The notes: generated by a model not told the origin, from the letters alone. A stretch of 64,000 bases of DNA from Bacillota bacterium (GCA_050952465.1 JBMNKZ010000014.1:26613-90612); one strand, 5' to 3'; shown: positions 32,099 through 43,339, counted from the first letter of the stretch. Made by a program: numbers and translations.

Positions 32099-33094
32099 TT
32101 AAATCTCGATACTTGTTATCCACTTAACTAAATCTGCAATCATTGTACCGCTCTTTGTTTCATCAGCCATGCTTTCCAAGGCGGAAACAAGAGCTTCCTT
32201 TTCTAAAGAAAGGCCCTTCAGCACCTGGGGTATTTTTCGGATTAATTCTTCATCCATGGCATCAGAATAAACGGTACAGGAATCAACTTTTCCGTTATGG
32301 AGACGAAAACCAAAGTCAATTTCTCCCCAGTTAAAACGTTCTGATAAGGTTAAGTCAAAGGTGGGTGACTGGCCGAAACGCCATTCCCAAGAAGCATATT
32401 TAGTATAATTTGCTAAGATTTCAGGATCCTTTTCATTAATAGAAATTTCTACCGGCCGCCCGTAAGATTCTCCAAAACTTTCCGCTAAACTTTCCTTAAC
32501 CGCGGTTACAGTAATCCGATCAGAAACTTCTGCCAGGTTGACTACCCTAGACCGGACAGAATCCACTCCCTTTGATTTCATTTTCTTTTTAGAGGGCTGA
32601 AGGTAACGACTAAGCTTCTCCATATCTGTCTTGATCAGAATTGCTCCATGATGATAAGCTGATTGGCCCTGATAATAATAAGCATGACCGGAGAATTTAC
32701 GACCGTCCAACATGAGATCATTGCGTCCGGAAAATTCCGCATTCACGCCCAATTTCCTTAAAGCCTGTAAAATCACGGATAACTGCCTTTCCAATTCATA
32801 ATGTTTCTTAGTAGTGAGAAAGGTAAAATTTAAGTTACCCAGATCGTGAAAAACAGCTCCTCCCCCGGAAAGCCTTCGGGCCAGCTTGCCCCCGTCCTTT
32901 TCCAACTGCTCCCAGGCACATTCTTTCCAGGCATTTTGATTCCGGCCGATGACCACTGTTTGGTCGTTTTGCCAAAGGTAAAGAATCACTTCGTGGTCAT
33001 GAACATGATTCAATAAATATTCCTCCACCGCTAAATTAAACCAAGGGTCATAAGAGTGTGAGTAGACAATTTTTGTGTCCAGTTTTTCCGTCAT
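32099..33094 (-). CDS. Lipoate-protein ligase (LplA/LplJ family)
   Basis: 331 aa. RRLSGGGAVFHDLGNLNF and GRKFSG motifs. It is located beside the gcv/lpd genes. Confidence 0.85.
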   Translation of the reverse strand: MTEKLDTKIVYSHSYDPWFNLAVEEYLLNHVHDHEVILYLWQNDQTVVIGRNQNAWKECAWEQLEKDGGKLARRLSGGGAVFHDLGNLNFTFLTTKKHYELERQLSVILQALRKLGVNAEFSGRNDLMLDGRKFSGHAYYYQGQSAYHHGAILIKTDMEKLSRYLQPSKKKMKSKGVDSVRSRVVNLAEVSDRITVTAVKESLAESFGESYGRPVEISINEKDPEILANYTKYASWEWRFGQSPTFDLTLSERFNWGEIDFGFRLHNGKVDSCTVYSDAMDEELIRKIPQVLKGLSLEKEALVSALESMADETKSGTMIADLVKWITSIEI

Positions 33095-33183
33095 TTTTTC
33101 ACCTCACTAAAATTGTACCGGGGGAATTATGATTCGCCCGCTGTTTTGAACGCCCCGCAATTTCCGATGTACACGGAGATACC

Positions 33184-34584
33184 TTATCTTCCGCCGGGCA
33201 TAATATGAATGGCCTTATTCTCTATCCCAGCGACAGCTTCCATGACACTTTCCGCCAGAGTAGGATGGGCATGAATGGCGCGCCCCATCTCCCCGGTGGT
33301 TAAACCATGTTCCACGGCCAGCACGCCTTCATGGATCAAATCACTGGCATGAGGACCTAAAATATGCACCCCAATTACTTTTTTTGTCTCTTCTTCCGCT
33401 ACAACTTTCACCAAACCATCAGTTTCTCCCATGGTTAAGGCCTTGCCGTTGGCAACAAACATAAACTTGCCGGTAAGGTAGGAAATACCCCGTTCTTTTG
33501 CAGCTTCTTCCGTTAATCCTACCGAGGCAATCTCCGGGAAAGAGAACACACAGGAAGGTACGGCATCATAATTAATGTGTCCTTCCAGGCCCAGCATATT
33601 TTCCACAGCTGCTTTGCCTTCATCGGAAGCAACATGAGCCAGCATTTGGCCGCCAATCACGTCACCAATGGCATAAATTCCGGGCACCGATGTCTCAAAG
33701 CGGCTGTTAACTTTAATGCCGCGCCGATCATAAGCCACGCCGACTTCGTCCAGATTAAGACCATCAATATTGATTGATCTTCCGGCAGAAACCAGTACCA
33801 TTTCTCCGAAAAATTCCTGTTCTCCTTTTTTTCCTTCCGCCAAGACCTTAAGTTCTCCGTTTTCTTCCTTTATTTCTTTAACTTTGATACCTGTTTCAAT
33901 TTTGATGCCCTGTTTCTTTAAATACATGGCCGCTCTTTTTACAATCTCTTCATCAACAGGAGGAAGAATTCGGGGCAGAAACTCAACTACCGTCACCTGA
34001 GTCCCAAAAGAATTGAAGATACCGGCAAATTCAATGCCCACCACACCTCCGCCGATAATTACCATGCTCTTGGGAACATGATCCAGTTCTAACGCTTCAT
34101 TGCTGGTGATCACACCAGGTAAATCCAGACCGGCAATGGGAATTTTCGCCGGCAGCGAACCGGTGGCAATAAGGATATTCTTGGCTTTAATCAATTCTTT
34201 GCCGCCGGTAGGGGTAGTAACAGCCACCGTGTTTCTATCCACTAGGCTGCCTCTTCCCGATATTACCTCCACCCGGTTTCCTTTTAGTAATTGCTCCACC
34301 CCGGAACAGAGGCGGCTAACCACATTTTGTTTTCTCTCTTGAACTTTCTGCATATTCAATGAATACTCTTTGAGTTCAATGCCGAAGTGTGAGGATTTAT
34401 TCAAAGTATGCATAATTTGGGCGTTTTTATATAAAGCCTTGGTGGGAATACAACCCCTGTTTAAGCAGGTTCCACCCACCTTGTCATCTTCAACTAAAGT
34501 AACCTTTGCTCCCAGCTGGGCTGCGCGAATCGCCGCCACATATCCTCCGGGGCCGCCGCCAATCACCACTAAATCTTTGTCCAT
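33184..34584 (-). CDS. lpd: Dihydrolipoyl dehydrogenase (E3 / L-protein)
   Basis: VVIGGGPGGY FAD fold, redox-active GGTCLNRGCIPTK, and the C-terminal HAHPTL interface motif. Confidence 0.9.
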   Translation of the reverse strand: MDKDLVVIGGGPGGYVAAIRAAQLGAKVTLVEDDKVGGTCLNRGCIPTKALYKNAQIMHTLNKSSHFGIELKEYSLNMQKVQERKQNVVSRLCSGVEQLLKGNRVEVISGRGSLVDRNTVAVTTPTGGKELIKAKNILIATGSLPAKIPIAGLDLPGVITSNEALELDHVPKSMVIIGGGVVGIEFAGIFNSFGTQVTVVEFLPRILPPVDEEIVKRAAMYLKKQGIKIETGIKVKEIKEENGELKVLAEGKKGEQEFFGEMVLVSAGRSINIDGLNLDEVGVAYDRRGIKVNSRFETSVPGIYAIGDVIGGQMLAHVASDEGKAAVENMLGLEGHINYDAVPSCVFSFPEIASVGLTEEAAKERGISYLTGKFMFVANGKALTMGETDGLVKVVAEEETKKVIGVHILGPHASDLIHEGVLAVEHGLTTGEMGRAIHAHPTLAESVMEAVAGIENKAIHIMPGGR

Positions 34585-34690
34585 TTTATCATCTCCTCAC
34601 ATATTAGCCATCCTGCAATCATCTATATCTTTCAGCATCTATATCTTTTTTTATACCATCCTAAACATAGCGAAGAATCTAGAATTGCAA

Positions 34691-34711
34691 GGGTTGCATA
34701 CCATGCAACCC
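34691..34711. repeat. Palindromic hairpin element (family 2), copy a
   Basis: gggttgcat-acc-atgcaaccc, a perfect 9-bp stem in the gcvPB-lpd spacer. Confidence 0.5.
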
Positions 34712-34768
34712 AGATACATCTACATCATTTGTAATAATCCAATCATTTAATGCAACATAATTATTTCA

Positions 34769-34794
34769 TGGGGGCTGCATACATGCAACCCCCA
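34769..34794. repeat. Palindromic hairpin element (family 2), copy b
   Basis: tgggggctgcat-ac-atgcaaccccca. It has the same TGCAT..ATGCA core as copy a and lies 43 nt downstream of the gcvPB stop. Confidence 0.5.
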
Positions 34795-34836
34795 TATACC
34801 ACTATCATTTTATTGAAGAAGCATATTATTGAACCC

Positions 34837-36291
34837 TTACATGGGTTTCCACCGCAATACCGGATTACGGGCCGCTCCGGCTTCATCCAATCGGGCAACC
34901 ACTGTAGTATGGGGTGCCGATTTGACTTTCTCCGGATCATTCTCTACCTCTGCAGCAATTTGCCTCAGCACGTTGATAAACTCATCCAAAGTCTCCTTAC
35001 TTTCCGATTCGGTGGGCTCAATCATTAATGCCTCATTTACAATGAGAGGGAAATAAATGGTCGGGGGATGATAGCCAAAGTCCAAAAGCCGTTTGGCAAT
35101 ATCCAAGGTAGAAGCCCCCTGATTCTTTTGTTTCTGCCCCGAAAAGACACACTCATGCATGCAGATCCGATCATACGGGAGAAGATACAGGTCTTTCAGC
35201 TTAGCCGCAATATAGTTGGCATTTAAAACTGCCGCTTCGCTGGCTTGACGTAATCCTTCACCACCCATACTCATAATATAGGCAAAGGCTTTTACCACCA
35301 CATTAAAGTTGCCGTAGAAGGATTTCACCTTGCCAATAGAGAGGGGCCGGTCATTATCCAGAATGTATTTACCATCTTTTAATTCAACCACCGGTTTCGG
35401 AAGAAAGGGTACCAGGTCTTTTTTAACGCCTACCGGCCCCGATCCTGGTCCTCCTCCGCCATGGGGAGTACTAAAGGTTTTATGCAAATTCAGATGCACT
35501 ACGTCAAAACCCATATCTCCCGGACGGGTAATACCCATAATAGCATTGGCGTTGGCCCCGTCGTAATAGAGAAGTCCCCCTGCCTGATGGATAATATCAG
35601 CGATTTCCTGAATATTTTCGTCAAATAATCCAAGAGTATTGGGGTTGGTCAGCATTAAACCGGCAATTTCATCATTCATCAGCTCTTTCAGGGCATCCAC
35701 ATCTACGCCGCCTCTGGAGTCAGACTTCACTTCGATGACATCAAACCCAGTAACGGCAGCAGAAGCAGGATTCGTTCCATGAGCGGCATCTGGAATTATC
35801 ATTTTATTGCGCTTAGTATCCCCCCGGTGCTCATGATATGCTTTAATAATCATTAACCCGGTCATTTCCCCGTGAGCTCCGGCGGCAGGCTGCAAAGTTA
35901 CCCGTTCCATACCGGTAATCTCTGAGAGCATTTGATCCATAGCATACATTAGTTCCAGAGACCCCTGGACTGTATCTTCCGATTGGTAGGGGTGAACTTT
36001 GGTAAATCCGTCCAGGCGGGATACAAATTCATTCACCTTTGGGTTATATTTCATGGTACAGCTGCCTAAAGGATAGAAACCGGAATCCACTCCATGATTG
36101 CGCTGCGACAATTGGGTGAAATGGCGTACGGCATCAAGTTCACTAACCTCAGGCAGATTTGGGGAAACAGTCCTTAAGAGTTCTTCCGGAATCATTTCCT
36201 CCATCTTTTCTTCCGGGACATCACAGGGAGGAAGTGAGTAGGCAACGCGCCCGGGTTTGCTCATTTCAAAGATTAAGGCTTTTTCCTTCAT
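34837..36291 (-). CDS. gcvPB: Glycine dehydrogenase (decarboxylating) subunit 2
   Basis: 484 aa with the PLP-lysine region [16 protein letters not shown]. Confidence 0.95.
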   Translation of the reverse strand: MKEKALIFEMSKPGRVAYSLPPCDVPEEKMEEMIPEELLRTVSPNLPEVSELDAVRHFTQLSQRNHGVDSGFYPLGSCTMKYNPKVNEFVSRLDGFTKVHPYQSEDTVQGSLELMYAMDQMLSEITGMERVTLQPAAGAHGEMTGLMIIKAYHEHRGDTKRNKMIIPDAAHGTNPASAAVTGFDVIEVKSDSRGGVDVDALKELMNDEIAGLMLTNPNTLGLFDENIQEIADIIHQAGGLLYYDGANANAIMGITRPGDMGFDVVHLNLHKTFSTPHGGGGPGSGPVGVKKDLVPFLPKPVVELKDGKYILDNDRPLSIGKVKSFYGNFNVVVKAFAYIMSMGGEGLRQASEAAVLNANYIAAKLKDLYLLPYDRICMHECVFSGQKQKNQGASTLDIAKRLLDFGYHPPTIYFPLIVNEALMIEPTESESKETLDEFINVLRQIAAEVENDPEKVKSAPHTTVVARLDEAGAARNPVLRWKPM

Positions 36292-36292
36292 C

Positions 36293-37630
36293 CTATTTCC
36301 CCACCTTTCTTACTAAAGAATCAATTTCTTCCTTCGTTCTTTTTTCCGTAACAGCAATTAACCAGCCATCTGCCAGTTCCGAATAACTTCTTCCCAGGGG
36401 ATACCCTCCGATAATTTGGTCTTTTAATAGTTTTTGGTTTAATTCCTCCACGTTCGCCATACTCTTCACTGCAAATTCTTTAAAGAAAGGAGCGGTAAAG
36501 AGAGGAGTAAATTTCCCTGTGTTAGTAAGTTCTTTAAAGGCATAATGTGATTTGTTCAGGCATTGGGTAGCAACTTCCTTCAACCCCGCCTTACCCAGGA
36601 AGGTTAAATAAATCGTCGCCGTCAAAGCATTAAGAGCCTGATTGGAGCAAATATTAGAGGTCGCTTTTTCCCTACGGATATGCTGTTCTCTGGTTTGAAT
36701 GGTCAGTACAAAACCTCTCCGGCCAAATTTATCCTTGGTTTGCCCGACAATACGACCGGGCATTTTGCGCATTAACTTTTCCGTTGCAGCAAAAAAACCT
36801 AAGTAAGGCCCGCCAAAACTAACAGGATTTCCTAACGCCTGGCCCTCTCCTACAACTATATCAGCCCCTAATTCCCCAGGTGGTTTAAGCAGGGCTAATG
36901 AAATCGGATCCACACTAACGATGAAAAAGCTTTTATTTTTATGGGCTAATTCACCTATTTCTTTTAGTGACTCGATCACACCGAAAAAGTTAGGGCTTTG
37001 CACAAGGACAGCAGCAATCTCCGGGGTAAGTTTCTCTTCCAGGTCTTTTAAATCAACTTGCCCGTTGACATAGCCTATTTCTTCGCTTTGTACCCCTCTA
37101 AACCTGGCGTAAGTATTGATAACCTCTCTACTTTCCGGATGCACAGAATTGGCAACTAACACCTTTGATCTTCTGGTAGCCAGACAAGCCATTAAAGCTG
37201 CCTCTGCCAAGGCACTTGCCCCATCATACATGGAAGCATTAGCCACATCCATCCCGGTCAACTCACAAATCATGGTCTGGTATTCAAAAATTGATTGGAG
37301 TGTCCCTTGGCTGATTTCCGGTTGGTAAGGGGTATAAGCCGTGTAAAATTCCTGCCGGGAAATAATCTGATCAATGGCACTGGGGATAAAATGGTCATAA
37401 GCGCCGGCCCCCAGAAAACATGGATACTCATCTAAATGTGAGTTTTTCCGGGCTTTATCCTTCATTAACTTAACCAGTTCTATTTCAGAAAGAGCTTCGG
37501 GAAGAGCTAAAGGTCTTTTTAAACGTACTTCTTGAGGAATATCTTGAAATAGCTCCTCGGTGCTATTAAGACCGATGGCTGACAGCATCTCCTTCTGCTG
37601 CTCCGGCGTATTTGATATATATCTGGACAC
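36293..37630 (-). CDS. gcvPA: Glycine dehydrogenase (decarboxylating) subunit 1
   Basis: 445 aa. FLGAGAYDH and [14 protein letters not shown] motifs. Confidence 0.95.
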   Translation of the reverse strand: MSRYISNTPEQQKEMLSAIGLNSTEELFQDIPQEVRLKRPLALPEALSEIELVKLMKDKARKNSHLDEYPCFLGAGAYDHFIPSAIDQIISRQEFYTAYTPYQPEISQGTLQSIFEYQTMICELTGMDVANASMYDGASALAEAALMACLATRRSKVLVANSVHPESREVINTYARFRGVQSEEIGYVNGQVDLKDLEEKLTPEIAAVLVQSPNFFGVIESLKEIGELAHKNKSFFIVSVDPISLALLKPPGELGADIVVGEGQALGNPVSFGGPYLGFFAATEKLMRKMPGRIVGQTKDKFGRRGFVLTIQTREQHIRREKATSNICSNQALNALTATIYLTFLGKAGLKEVATQCLNKSHYAFKELTNTGKFTPLFTAPFFKEFAVKSMANVEELNQKLLKDQIIGGYPLGRSYSELADGWLIAVTEKRTKEEIDSLVRKVGK

Positions 37631-37632
37631 GT

Positions 37633-38016
37633 TTAGTCCTCCTCTGCACAGAGCTTCTCGTAATCAGCAGCATCTATTAATTTATCCAATTCTGCCGGAT
37701 TACTTAATTCCAAGGAAATCAGCCAGCTTTCAAAAGCGTCTTCGTTAACTTTTCCCGGATTATCCAATAAATCTTCATTAATTTCCTTAACTACTCCGGA
37801 GACCGGAACATAAACGTCAGCAACTGCCTTAACTGATTCAATTACCCCTAAAGCATCGCCAGCAGCCAGTTCGGCTTCCTCTTCGGGCAATTCCACAAAA
37901 ACAATTTCTCCCAAATGACCTTGGGCATAATCAGTAATACCAACATAAGCTTTGTCCCCGTCAACTTTAACCCACTCATGAGTCTTGGTGTACTTTAATC
38001 CACTAATAATTTTCAC
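37633..38016 (-). CDS. gcvH: Glycine cleavage system H protein
   Basis: Lipoyl-lysine motif [10 protein letters not shown] and HEWV near the N-terminus. Preferred GTG start at 38016 (RBS GGGGGA) gives 127 aa. The track ORF is extended upstream to 38106. Confidence 0.9.
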   Translation of the reverse strand: MKIISGLKYTKTHEWVKVDGDKAYVGITDYAQGHLGEIVFVELPEEEAELAAGDALGVIESVKAVADVYVPVSGVVKEINEDLLDNPGKVNEDAFESWLISLELSNPAELDKLIDAADYEKLCAEED

Positions 38017-38132
38017 AATAAAATCCCCCTTATTTTTAATTATTTTATTTGCCTTTCTAAGCGGAGCAAAGGATCTTAGGATCTCCGTCCTTATATCACC
38101 GCTCATTGCAAAATTTTCACTATAAGCATTAA

Positions 38133-39227
38133 CTATTTTTTATATTTTTTACTATAAAACGGTTTTTTAATGATCTTGGCCTTTAAATTCCTATTCCGAA
38201 CAACAACCTCAATTTCCTCGCCTTCTTTAGCATATCCAGCATCAATCAGGGCTAACCCGATATTCTTCTTTAAAGTGGGCGAGTAACTTCCTGTGGTGAC
38301 AAAACCAATTTTTTCACCGTTAGCTTTAACCTCATAATGACTGCGGGCAATACCCCGGTCTACCATCTCAAAACCTACTAATTTTCTCGGAATACCGGCT
38401 TCCTTTTGTTTCGCTAAAGCTGCTTTACCAATAAAATCTTCCTTATGTAATTTGACAAAAAAACCTAACCCTGCCTCCAGGGGAGTGATATCTTTATCAA
38501 TTTCCTGACCATATAATGGGAGAGAAGCCTCAAAGCGCAAGGTATCACGAGCACCCAACCCTGCCGGCACTAACCCTTCCTCTTTGCCTACTTCCAACAG
38601 TTTATCCCAAATCAATGGTGCGTCCGCCGGATTCAGGTAAATTTCAAACCCGTCTTCACCGGTATACCCCGACCGTGATATTAAGGTTGATACTCCATGA
38701 ATTTTAACTTTAGGCTGAAAGTAGAAAAAACCAATCTGATTTAAGTCTGTATCGGTAAGTTTTTGAAGAATCATTTCTGCTTTTGGCCCTTGAATGGCTA
38801 ATTGTGCGTACTCTTCCGATACGTTTTTGACTTCCACATCCCCTTCGACGTGATCCAAAAACCACTGTACATCCTTATCAGTATTAGAAGCATTAATAAC
38901 GAGAAGATAATCCTCATTATTATATTTATAAACTATTAGATCATCTACTACTCCGCCGTCTGGGTAACACATCGGGGAATAATAAATTTGGAAATCATGC
39001 ATAGGGGCAATATCATTCGTTATCATCTTCTGAATATACTTTTCTGCATCGGGACCTTTCACCGTAACTTCCCCCATATGAGACACGTCAAAAAGCCCGG
39101 CTGCGGTTCGCACCGCCTCATGCTCCCCTATAATGCCTTGATACTCTACCGGCAGGGCCCAACCTCCAAAATCAATTACTTTTCCCTTAAGTTCCACATG
39201 TTTTTCATATAAAGGCGTTTTCTTCAT
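38133..39227 (-). CDS. gcvT: Aminomethyltransferase (glycine cleavage T protein)
   Basis: 364 aa. [10 protein letters not shown]...[10 protein letters not shown]...[21 protein letters not shown]. Confidence 0.95.
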   Translation of the reverse strand: MKKTPLYEKHVELKGKVIDFGGWALPVEYQGIIGEHEAVRTAAGLFDVSHMGEVTVKGPDAEKYIQKMITNDIAPMHDFQIYYSPMCYPDGGVVDDLIVYKYNNEDYLLVINASNTDKDVQWFLDHVEGDVEVKNVSEEYAQLAIQGPKAEMILQKLTDTDLNQIGFFYFQPKVKIHGVSTLISRSGYTGEDGFEIYLNPADAPLIWDKLLEVGKEEGLVPAGLGARDTLRFEASLPLYGQEIDKDITPLEAGLGFFVKLHKEDFIGKAALAKQKEAGIPRKLVGFEMVDRGIARSHYEVKANGEKIGFVTTGSYSPTLKKNIGLALIDAGYAKEGEEIEVVVRNRNLKAKIIKKPFYSKKYKK

Positions 39228-39245
39228 ACTTTCTCTCCTTTCACA

Positions 39246-39259
39246 ATTATTTATTTCAT
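39246..39259. repeat. 14-nt direct repeat flanking the IS (left copy)
   Basis: attatttatttcat, identical to 41017-41030. Candidate target-site duplication. Confidence 0.5.
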
Positions 39260-41016
39260 AGGCGTTTGCGAAACACCGCAGCCCGCATAAATACAGGCTT
39301 TTGTTAACGTTTTTTATATATAACTCCTCTCCAAAATGCGGTAAAATTAAGTTGTAAACAATAATAAAACAACATCTCGGAAAGGAGTTATAAACTAATG
39401 GTAAGGCCTAAACAATTATCTCTCGCCGATATTTATTCCGACTGTAATAATGTTTTTGAAAACGATAAATATCATTTTCTATCGCTTCTTGAAGATAACA
39501 TTAATCTTGAGGAACTTATTCCTGCTTCCTTCTATACTCACTTTTATTCCTATTTTGGCAGAAAGCGTATATACCCTCTTTCCGGTTTCCTTTGGGCACT
39601 GATCCTTCAGCGAATTTTCTCCATCCCCACTGACTCACTTCTTTTAATCTTTCTCCAATACTCAAAGGAACTTCGTGACTTTTGTGGTTTTTCGAAGGTT
39701 CCCGATGCCTCTAAGATCACCAGGTTCAAGCAGGAGTTTCTAATGGACTTACAATCATTTTTCGATTCACTTGTTGATGTCACCGAACCGATATGCCAAA
39801 AGATTAATGCATCCCTTGCCTCCATGACCATCTTCGATACTTCCGGCATCGAAGCCTTTGTTACTGAAAACAATCCCAAGTATGCCAACCGCATTATCAG
39901 TCAGCTAAAAACTTTTAAGAAAGCAATGGGGCTCGATAACTCCTATGACCCCTACAAAGCAGCCTATAAATCCATGCCTTCCCATGCTGCTTCAAACCAG
40001 GCCATTAAACAGCTCTACATCAATGGACATTTTTGCTATGTTTTCAAGTTTGGTATTATTACCAACGGTCTTGGTATTGTCCGTGACATCTCTTTTTACA
40101 ATAAAGATTTCATAGATGCTCACCCGGACATTATTGTGGAAAAGAAAACCGATTCTCCCGAAGAAGATAAATCCCTTGGAGATGCCAAAGCCCTTATCCC
40201 TGTTCTTAATGATTTTTTTGATAAGCATCCTTTAATCAATCCAAAGGTTTTCCTCGGCGACGCTGCTTTTGACACGGTTAACATCTATAAATCCCTGTTT
40301 ACTGAACTGAATTTTGAAAAAGCATACATACCTCTTAATTCTCGTTCTGGGCTTGGAAACCAGGACTATACCATTAACGAAGATGGTATTCCTTGCTGCC
40401 CTCAAAATCTTCCTATGAAACCGGAAGGCAGCAAATCTAACCTAAAATGCGGGATTCCAACTTTTAAATTTGTCTGCCCTAAAATGTCCTGGGACAAGTG
40501 CGACGATGGCAAATATCGCCGCCGTACCCACTGTGATAATCCTTGTACTGACTCTCTGTGCGGACGAATGCTTTACGTTTATCCCGAGAAGAATCTTCGC
40601 GCTTACCCCGGTACAATCCGTGGCACCGAGGAATGGGATAAAACCTACAAAATTCGTTCCGTTGTTGAAAAATCTATTAACCATTTCAAAGATAGTTTTT
40701 GTCTTGCCGGTCGCAGAACCCAGAATGAAAAGACATTACATGCTGATTTATTATTAGCCGGCATTACCCAGTTAATCACGGTTGTTCTTGCTGACCGCAT
40801 TCATAAACATGAATACATTCGCAGTCTGAAGCCACTCATTGCATAGAAATATATTGTAATTCCATATACCTATCCCTTGGGGGTATTTCCTGCGCCCATT
40901 TTTTCTACCTACACCAGAAGTAAAACTTTTTAGCCTTTTCGTCCTGAAAAAAATTTAATTTGTATTGTTCCCAAGCCATCTTGAACTTTTTATTCTAGTC
41001 CATTTTGCAATTACTT
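39260..41016 (+). mobile_element. Insertion sequence (IS5/IS1182-like, single DDE transposase ORF); ends approximate
   Basis: A transposase ORF flanked by non-coding arms and bracketed by identical 14-nt direct repeats. Weak terminal similarity (left ..TTGCGAAA.., right reverse-complement ..TTGCAAAA..). It interrupts an otherwise contiguous riboswitch-gcvT leader. Confidence 0.6.
39398..40846 (+). CDS. DDE transposase (IS5/IS1182-like)
   Basis: 482 aa. The N-terminal transposase-domain pattern ([31 protein letters not shown]) resembles InsH/DUF772. It also has a central DDE region (LGDAAFD) and a Cys-rich segment before the C-terminal catalytic part. Confidence 0.8.
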   Translation: MVRPKQLSLADIYSDCNNVFENDKYHFLSLLEDNINLEELIPASFYTHFYSYFGRKRIYPLSGFLWALILQRIFSIPTDSLLLIFLQYSKELRDFCGFSKVPDASKITRFKQEFLMDLQSFFDSLVDVTEPICQKINASLASMTIFDTSGIEAFVTENNPKYANRIISQLKTFKKAMGLDNSYDPYKAAYKSMPSHAASNQAIKQLYINGHFCYVFKFGIITNGLGIVRDISFYNKDFIDAHPDIIVEKKTDSPEEDKSLGDAKALIPVLNDFFDKHPLINPKVFLGDAAFDTVNIYKSLFTELNFEKAYIPLNSRSGLGNQDYTINEDGIPCCPQNLPMKPEGSKSNLKCGIPTFKFVCPKMSWDKCDDGKYRRRTHCDNPCTDSLCGRMLYVYPEKNLRAYPGTIRGTEEWDKTYKIRSVVEKSINHFKDSFCLAGRRTQNEKTLHADLLLAGITQLITVVLADRIHKHEYIRSLKPLIA

Positions 41017-41030
41017 ATTATTTATTTCAT
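41017..41030. repeat. 14-nt direct repeat flanking the IS (right copy)
   Basis: attatttatttcat, identical to 39246-39259. Confidence 0.5.
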
Positions 41031-41072
41031 CTTATATCCTTAGTTATAGTCCCCCCTTTTTTTCCTATTATG

Positions 41073-41110
41073 AAAACAAAAGGCACAGCATTAAATAAAA
41101 TGCCATGCCT
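41073..41110 (-). terminator. Riboswitch expression-platform terminator
   Basis: Minus strand reads GGCATGGCATT-ttattt-AATGCTGTGCC followed by TTTTGTTTT. It lies immediately 3' of the second glycine aptamer. Confidence 0.6.
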
Positions 41111-41276
41111 CTGTCTTTTGACCTGAGAGTTTAACTGATTAACAGTTTGCTCCTTCGGTGTCTTTAAGACTTTCCAGAGTTGAGTCCCGATACGGTCCCG
41201 GAACCTGAAAGTTTCGCTGCAATTTGGCACAAATTGAAGCTTGCTTCTTCGGTGTCACAAAGGACTCTCCCGTACC
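41111..41276 (-). promoter_or_regulatory. Tandem glycine riboswitch
   Basis: Aptamer 1 on the minus strand is ACGGGAGAG...CACCGAAGAAGCAA...CTTTCAGGTTCCGGGACCG. Aptamer 2 is CTCTGGAAAG...CACCGAAGGAGCAA...CTCTCAGGTCAAAAGACAG. These are the conserved glycine-riboswitch cores. Confidence 0.85.
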
Positions 41277-41326
41277 AATCATACCCATTTAATATATCAT
41301 TTTAAATTTTTCATGTTTTTATTAAT

Positions 41327-41356
41327 GTTACCATTAAAGCAACAAAATGTCAATAT
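41327..41356. repeat. Approx. 30-nt direct repeat, copy A (downstream of Na/Pi gene, upstream of riboswitch)
   Basis: gttaccattaaagcaacaaaatgtcaatat. Its first 20 nt are identical to 43340-43359. The minus strand contains TTGACA-17 nt-TAACAT. Confidence 0.5.
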
Positions 41357-41387
41357 ATTTCAACGGGGGGAAAGGTTGTTCCGCCGC

Positions 41388-43040
41388 CTATAGAGATGGG
41401 GGATATTTTTTCACCTCGTTATAATCTACAGTAATTTCCTTGCAAAATTTATATATATGGTCGGCAATTCTCTCCAAGTAATTAACCATATCAATAAAGA
41501 TTACACCGGCTTCTACCGTACAGTCCCCTGTTTCCAGTCGATTAATGTGTTCTTTCACCAAATTTTCAGATAGGGCGTCTATTTTTTCTTCAAGTTCATC
41601 AACTTCCTTTATTGCTTCAGGATTATTTTCCTCAATAGCCTGAATGGATTTTTCAAACATCTCCATAATACCTGCTTCCATTTCTTTTAGCCCTTGAATT
41701 GCTATATTACTAAATTGCAGATTGCTGTCCATTTTAATACTAATTTGAAAGATCAGACTCTCCGCATGATCCCCAACCCTTTCCAGGTGATTAATGCCAT
41801 TGATTATAGCCGGAATCATGGCTGATTGGGATCTTAAAAGGGGTTGTTTAGATAATTCCACGGTATAAGCCGTAATATTCTGCTGTAGTTGATTTAGTAT
41901 TTCTTCGTCCTGATTGACTTGAGCAAACTCACTTGTATCATTTTTGTACAAACCATTCATCACACGAGACAACATCCCTTGTGCCAACTTTGCTGCCCGG
42001 ACGCTCTCAGTCTGAGCGGCTTTAATTGCTGCCACAGGTGTATCCAGAAGCAGTTTGTCCAGATATACAGAAGATTCGATGTCTTTACCTCGAATAATAG
42101 TTTCCAAGAATTTCACGTAATATTTATTAATAGGGAGAAAAACTATCGCACTGAAAATATTGAAAATTGTATGGGAATTAGCAATCTCCGCACTGATACC
42201 CCCTCCTGGCTGAAAATATTGTGTAAAAAGTTGGGTCACAGATATAAACCAAGGAAGGAGCAAGGCCACCACAAATACCCCAAAAATATTATATATAGTA
42301 TGTGCCCAAGCAGTACGACGAGCATGAATATTCCCAGTTAAACTAGCCATCTGGGCCGTGATACAGGTTCCAATATTGTCACCCAGCATAATTAAAATAG
42401 CGGTTCTTAAATCTAATAAACCCGCCATCCCCAAGACCATCACCAGACCAACGGTAGCACTGCTGCTGTGCACTAAGGCAGTTGCTACTGCACCCAGTAA
42501 AATCCCGACAATAGGTATAGACGCATAATTAGTGAAGAAAAACTTTAGAGTCTCACTGTCTTTGATGAAGGGAATCCCTGAATTGAGGATCTTCAGGCCA
42601 AGGAACATAATACCAAATCCCATGATGGCATTACCTAAATGCTTGGTGAAATCCCTGCGGGCAAAGTAAGCTATGGCAAATCCGACCCCTAAAACCGGAA
42701 GGGCAATATCAGTCAATTTAAATTTAAAACTAAAGGCCATTAACTGAGCCGTAATTGTAGTACCAATGTTGGCCCCGTAAATAATCCCAACAGCCTGGGG
42801 AAGCTTCATTAAACCGGCATTTACAAACCCTACAGTCAGAACGGTGATGGCCGTACTGCTCTGTACAAGAGCTGTAAGAATAATCCCTACAAAAAAAGCA
42901 CTCCATACGTTGCCAGTAAGAACAGCCAAAATATGTTTCATCATTTTACCGGAAGCCTTTTCCAAGCCATTTCCCATCTTGTCCACACCATACATAAGTA
43001 AGGCTGTCCCGCCAATAAGTCCAAAAATAAGTTCTTGCAT
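41388..43040 (-). CDS. Na/Pi-cotransporter family protein with C-terminal PhoU-like domains
   Basis: NaPi-II repeats (QSSTAITVLTVGFVNAG / HSSSATVGLVMVLG) and C-terminal PhoU-like helices (LERVGDHAE, LERIADHI). Preferred start is ATG 43040 (MQELIFG). The track starts at TTG 43070. Confidence 0.85.
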   Translation of the reverse strand: MQELIFGLIGGTALLMYGVDKMGNGLEKASGKMMKHILAVLTGNVWSAFFVGIILTALVQSSTAITVLTVGFVNAGLMKLPQAVGIIYGANIGTTITAQLMAFSFKFKLTDIALPVLGVGFAIAYFARRDFTKHLGNAIMGFGIMFLGLKILNSGIPFIKDSETLKFFFTNYASIPIVGILLGAVATALVHSSSATVGLVMVLGMAGLLDLRTAILIMLGDNIGTCITAQMASLTGNIHARRTAWAHTIYNIFGVFVVALLLPWFISVTQLFTQYFQPGGGISAEIANSHTIFNIFSAIVFLPINKYYVKFLETIIRGKDIESSVYLDKLLLDTPVAAIKAAQTESVRAAKLAQGMLSRVMNGLYKNDTSEFAQVNQDEEILNQLQQNITAYTVELSKQPLLRSQSAMIPAIINGINHLERVGDHAESLIFQISIKMDSNLQFSNIAIQGLKEMEAGIMEMFEKSIQAIEENNPEAIKEVDELEEKIDALSENLVKEHINRLETGDCTVEAGVIFIDMVNYLERIADHIYKFCKEITVDYNEVKKYPPSL

Positions 43041-43266
43041 ATTAATTCTAATCCTCCCATATACTATCAATAAAGTCTTTAACTGAATATGTGCTTTTCC
43101 ATCCTTATTCTACACATAAAATTCATTAATGCAAATGGAAAAAACATAAAACTTAAAAAAATTAACCGGATCCTTAAGGAATTATTAATTAAAAAAAGAA
43201 TACCTTGACCCTTTCGCTCATTTCAAAGAAGTTGCCCGTCAGATGGTTTTATACTACTTATTTATG

Positions 43267-43306
43267 ACAAAACATAAAGGCCGCGACCCCTATAGGGATT
43301 GCGGCC
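43267..43306 (-). terminator. Terminator downstream of purD (end of pur operon)
   Basis: Minus strand reads GGCCGCAATCCCTA/TAGGGGTCGCGGCC (12 of 14 positions paired) followed by TTTATGTTTTG. Confidence 0.5.
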
Positions 43307-43339
43307 ATTTTTCTGTGAGTTTGGTGTAAAAGTCAGGAC

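Noticed and set aside
34370-35056. Plus-strand ORFs 34370..34750, 34750..35028 and 34829..35056 in and around the lpd-gcvPB spacer
   Set aside because: They run through the palindromic hairpins and antisense into lpd and gcvPB. They have no RBS and low-complexity products.
39607-40757. Short ORFs on both strands inside the transposase gene
   Set aside because: They are nested in or antisense to the intact 482-aa transposase ORF. I saw no frameshift signal that would suggest a two-ORF transposase.
41027-41230. 67-aa minus-strand ORF
   Set aside because: It lies entirely within the tandem glycine riboswitch and its terminator, so RNA structure explains the conservation.
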